64,000 bases of DNA from Geosiphon pyriformis uo1 (Eukaryota > Fungi > Glomeromycota): positions 4,945 through 68,944 of the forward strand of contig JAAOMT010000778.1 in assembly GCA_016748015.1 (NCBI GenBank). Reading direction: 5' to 3'. Under the pieces are notes generated by a model. That model had not been told where the DNA came from. It made no database searches and saw nothing but the letters and a program-made list of their open reading frames with translations. Both the position numbers and the translations under genes were made by a program. Positions 61,532 to 64,000 of the stretch are shown here, one piece after another (the stretch's first letter is position 1; each line of letters opens with the position of its first letter).

Positions 61532-64000
61532 TCATTGAAAAAAATGAGTATTAAAACCCAAACCAGCATTATCTACTCTGGTCAATAAACCCATAACTGT
61601 GTCTGACAAATTGCTTAAAGTCTCCTCTAATTTTGAAATAACTAAAAAATTAAAACTTATTATTTTTGTAATAGTTTTACTACTAATAGCTGCATCTAAA
61701 CTCTTACTTATCACTATATTTGTCTCTTGATTCTATGATAAAAAAGTTATTAATGACTGACATCTAAGACTAGGCTGAGAAATTATTGATTTAAGTGTGT
61801 CCAACTTTTTAGCCAGCTTAACAACTTGTTTTATGAGATTGTTGAGACTGCACTCAAGAGTGGCAAACCTACAATCTAATTTTACAGACACCAACAGAAT
61901 AGATTTCATTTTCAAAAAGAAACCAGAATTAACTGAATCATTTCATGTAAAAAAAAGAAAAAAAGAGAACCCATTAACAATCTTAGCCTAAGGGATACTA
62001 CCAAAAGAAACATAATAGATAATTGATGCTGAATGTTTAGCATAAATGAATACCAGTCTGCTTTTATCTTTCTCTGATAATACTCTATAAAATAAACTAC
62101 TAAAAAGAGTTTTTCTACTTATAGAGCAGTCCAATAACATATGACTCAATTTCTCATACTTAACATATTTTACAAAACCTAAACAAAACCAGTACAAAGT
62201 GACACTTCTTAAAACTAACATAGTTCTTATAACACCATCCAGTAACTTAGTTAAGTTGAAACAAACAACTGCATATCTGGTCTGAGCATATAAAACTAAA
62301 TGTCAATTAATAACACATGTTTTTCATTTACAGAACCAATAAAATTCCAAATGTTATGAGCATTTGTTCCTATTGGTAATATATAAAGAAGTGTTTTATA
62401 ACAATCTTTTGTATCTCATGTTATTTTATTCAGATCTGTCCTGGCTATACACCATTACTCATAGAATATAGAAAATATAGTATTATTAGTCAGTAGATAT
62501 TAGCCAATTAGATATAGACATAGTAAATGTGGAATTCCAGGATTCCTCTCAGAGGAATTGCAGAATTCCAGAAATTTCAGGATTCCCCAATGAGAAATCG
62601 CAGGATTCCAGAAATTCCAGGATTCCTGTCACAAGAAATTGAGGAATTGAGGAATCTCAAATATGTATATATAACAGTAGCATTAGAAGCAGAAAAGACA
62701 GACTCAATACCAAGAATACTTAGCTTAGTTACCACAATCTTCAAATAAATAATTATTCACTATATCAAATCTATTCTTTGCTACCAACACTTCATGTTAA
62801 TAGTAACTAATACTTAACCATACTGGAACAATAGCTCTTGATCACGGCTATTGACAGAATACTAATTTGCAAATCGCCTTGGCTTACTTCTTATTTCTCT
62901 CTTTTATCTTTCTTTATTTTTTTTGTTGTCTACTAACTTGATTAAAGGATTTACTCTTGGAGGACTTACAGAGGAATAACACATACTTAAAGAATACTTA
63001 CTCTTGGAGGACTTATGGAGGAATAAACTTGCTTAAACAATACTTACTCTTGGAGAACTTACAGAAGAACTGATGTCAGGAAACAGCACTGGTATATACT
63101 TACAGAAAATATTGTACCAGAAGAATCATCAACCATCAAGCTGAGCAAACAATTGACGAAACTACAGTTTCAGGAAACTACTGATAAACTGTTACCAGTG
63201 AATCTCTGTCCATTATACAAAAAACTCAATTGGAAAAATCTTCAGATAAAATACCTTCAGATTATTATTGTTACTAATTGCTTTGAGCACCAAGTTATGA
63301 GTTTGTTATTTGATTTGAGACCCCAAAGAATCACCTGTAACAACACACAGCATCTTTTTTAATTAAGATGAACTATTTTACTGTAACCAAATCACTCTGA
63401 TTTGATTGGTCAAACTCTATTACAGCTTTTTGCCAAAGTCTCACCAATTGTATTTTAATCAACTTAATCAACCCAAACTCGGATAACATAGTGTATACAG
63501 TCTTAATTAATGTTTCAATTGGGATTTTTTTTATTATCACAGCTTAATTTAAATGCCCAATAGATTTTTTGAAATTAGTATTAACCAAGATTTTCACATC
63601 TTTAGCCTTTTCAGTAGTTTGTATTAAACTCAATTCAGAAATGAATATTGTTTTGATAATGCCAGCAAATTTTAAGGAAATAAATGTCTCTTCAAAACTA
63701 TTGACTTTTGAAAATAACTTTCTAACTATTACAAGCTTTTCTTGAGAAAATTTTCCAGTTATTTTATCCAATTTAATATTCAAAGTAAATGACTTTTTAA
63801 TGGAAACAACAACCAAATTCTTCAAAAGAAGAGAGAGAATTAGTGGAATATCCAACAAAATATTATTATTATTACCATTACTTAAAAAATTTATCTTGTT
63901 CAACAGTTTTTTCAAAGTCTTTTTGATATTAATATACAAATTTTTTGGCATTTAGTTGGCATTTTTGCTATTAAAAGTGGTTTTACTACCATAGTCAAAA
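61532..64000 (-). pseudogene. LINE-D ORF1, interrupted by a solo LTR
   Basis: Pieces 63544-63951, 61988-62221, 61733-61915 and 61532-61714 lie upstream of APE; RRM-like and knuckle remnants. Confidence 0.75.
62453..63342 (+). repeat. Solo LTR related to Gypsy-E
   Basis: Ends CACCTGTAACA; TSD ACAC/ACAC; shares blocks with 59061-59914; internal ~47-bp repeat x3 at ~62950-63065. Confidence 0.87.

Larger units (their letters stand above)
53812..64000 (-). mobile_element. LINE-D (ORF1 + APE-RT-RNase H-Zn finger ORF2), extends beyond the window, with nested E elements
   Basis: Poly(T) at 53812-53819; RNase H at 54732-55292; RT at ~55700-56998 and 59915-60100; APE at 60850-61525; ORF1 at 61532-64000. 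Confidence 0.9.

Noticed and set aside
62527-62748. 73-aa ORF in the solo LTR (also 49975-50169 and 13451-13718)
   Set aside because: Chance frames across LTR repeat arrays, not conserved in sister LTRs.

Overview
This AT-rich, strongly CpG-depleted eukaryotic window looks like a fungal TE block; the element families resemble those of Glomeromycotina such as Geosiphon, which is an inference. I find no intact host gene, rRNA, tRNA or CRISPR array. Almost all of it is nested, mostly decayed transposons; the family names below are my working labels. (i) Gypsy-A is a non-chromoviral Ty3/Gypsy with 4-bp TSDs, a UUUAAAC -1 gag/pol frameshift, a separately framed integrase and an ORF3 running through the PPT. 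It has two full-length copies (5983-13646 +, 32279-43466 -), three partial copies and a solo LTR. (ii) A dUTPase-bearing Gypsy fragment (5076-5982) and a short non-autonomous relative, Gypsy-E (56999-59914). (iii) A young gag-only LTR element, Gypsy-F (46663-50348), plus two solo LTRs. (iv) Two APE-RT-RNaseH LINE families, LINE-B and LINE-D. (v) Four ORF1-only poly(A) retroelements (HAL-C); three carry the LINE-B 3' tail and one carries the LINE-D 3' tail. (vi) A pogo/Tigger-type DNA transposon (20810-25068) with captured, intron-containing gene fragments, including a TilS-like PP-loop exon. The best candidate for an undescribed system is the tail-swapping ORF1-only retroposon family. All boundaries were read by eye.
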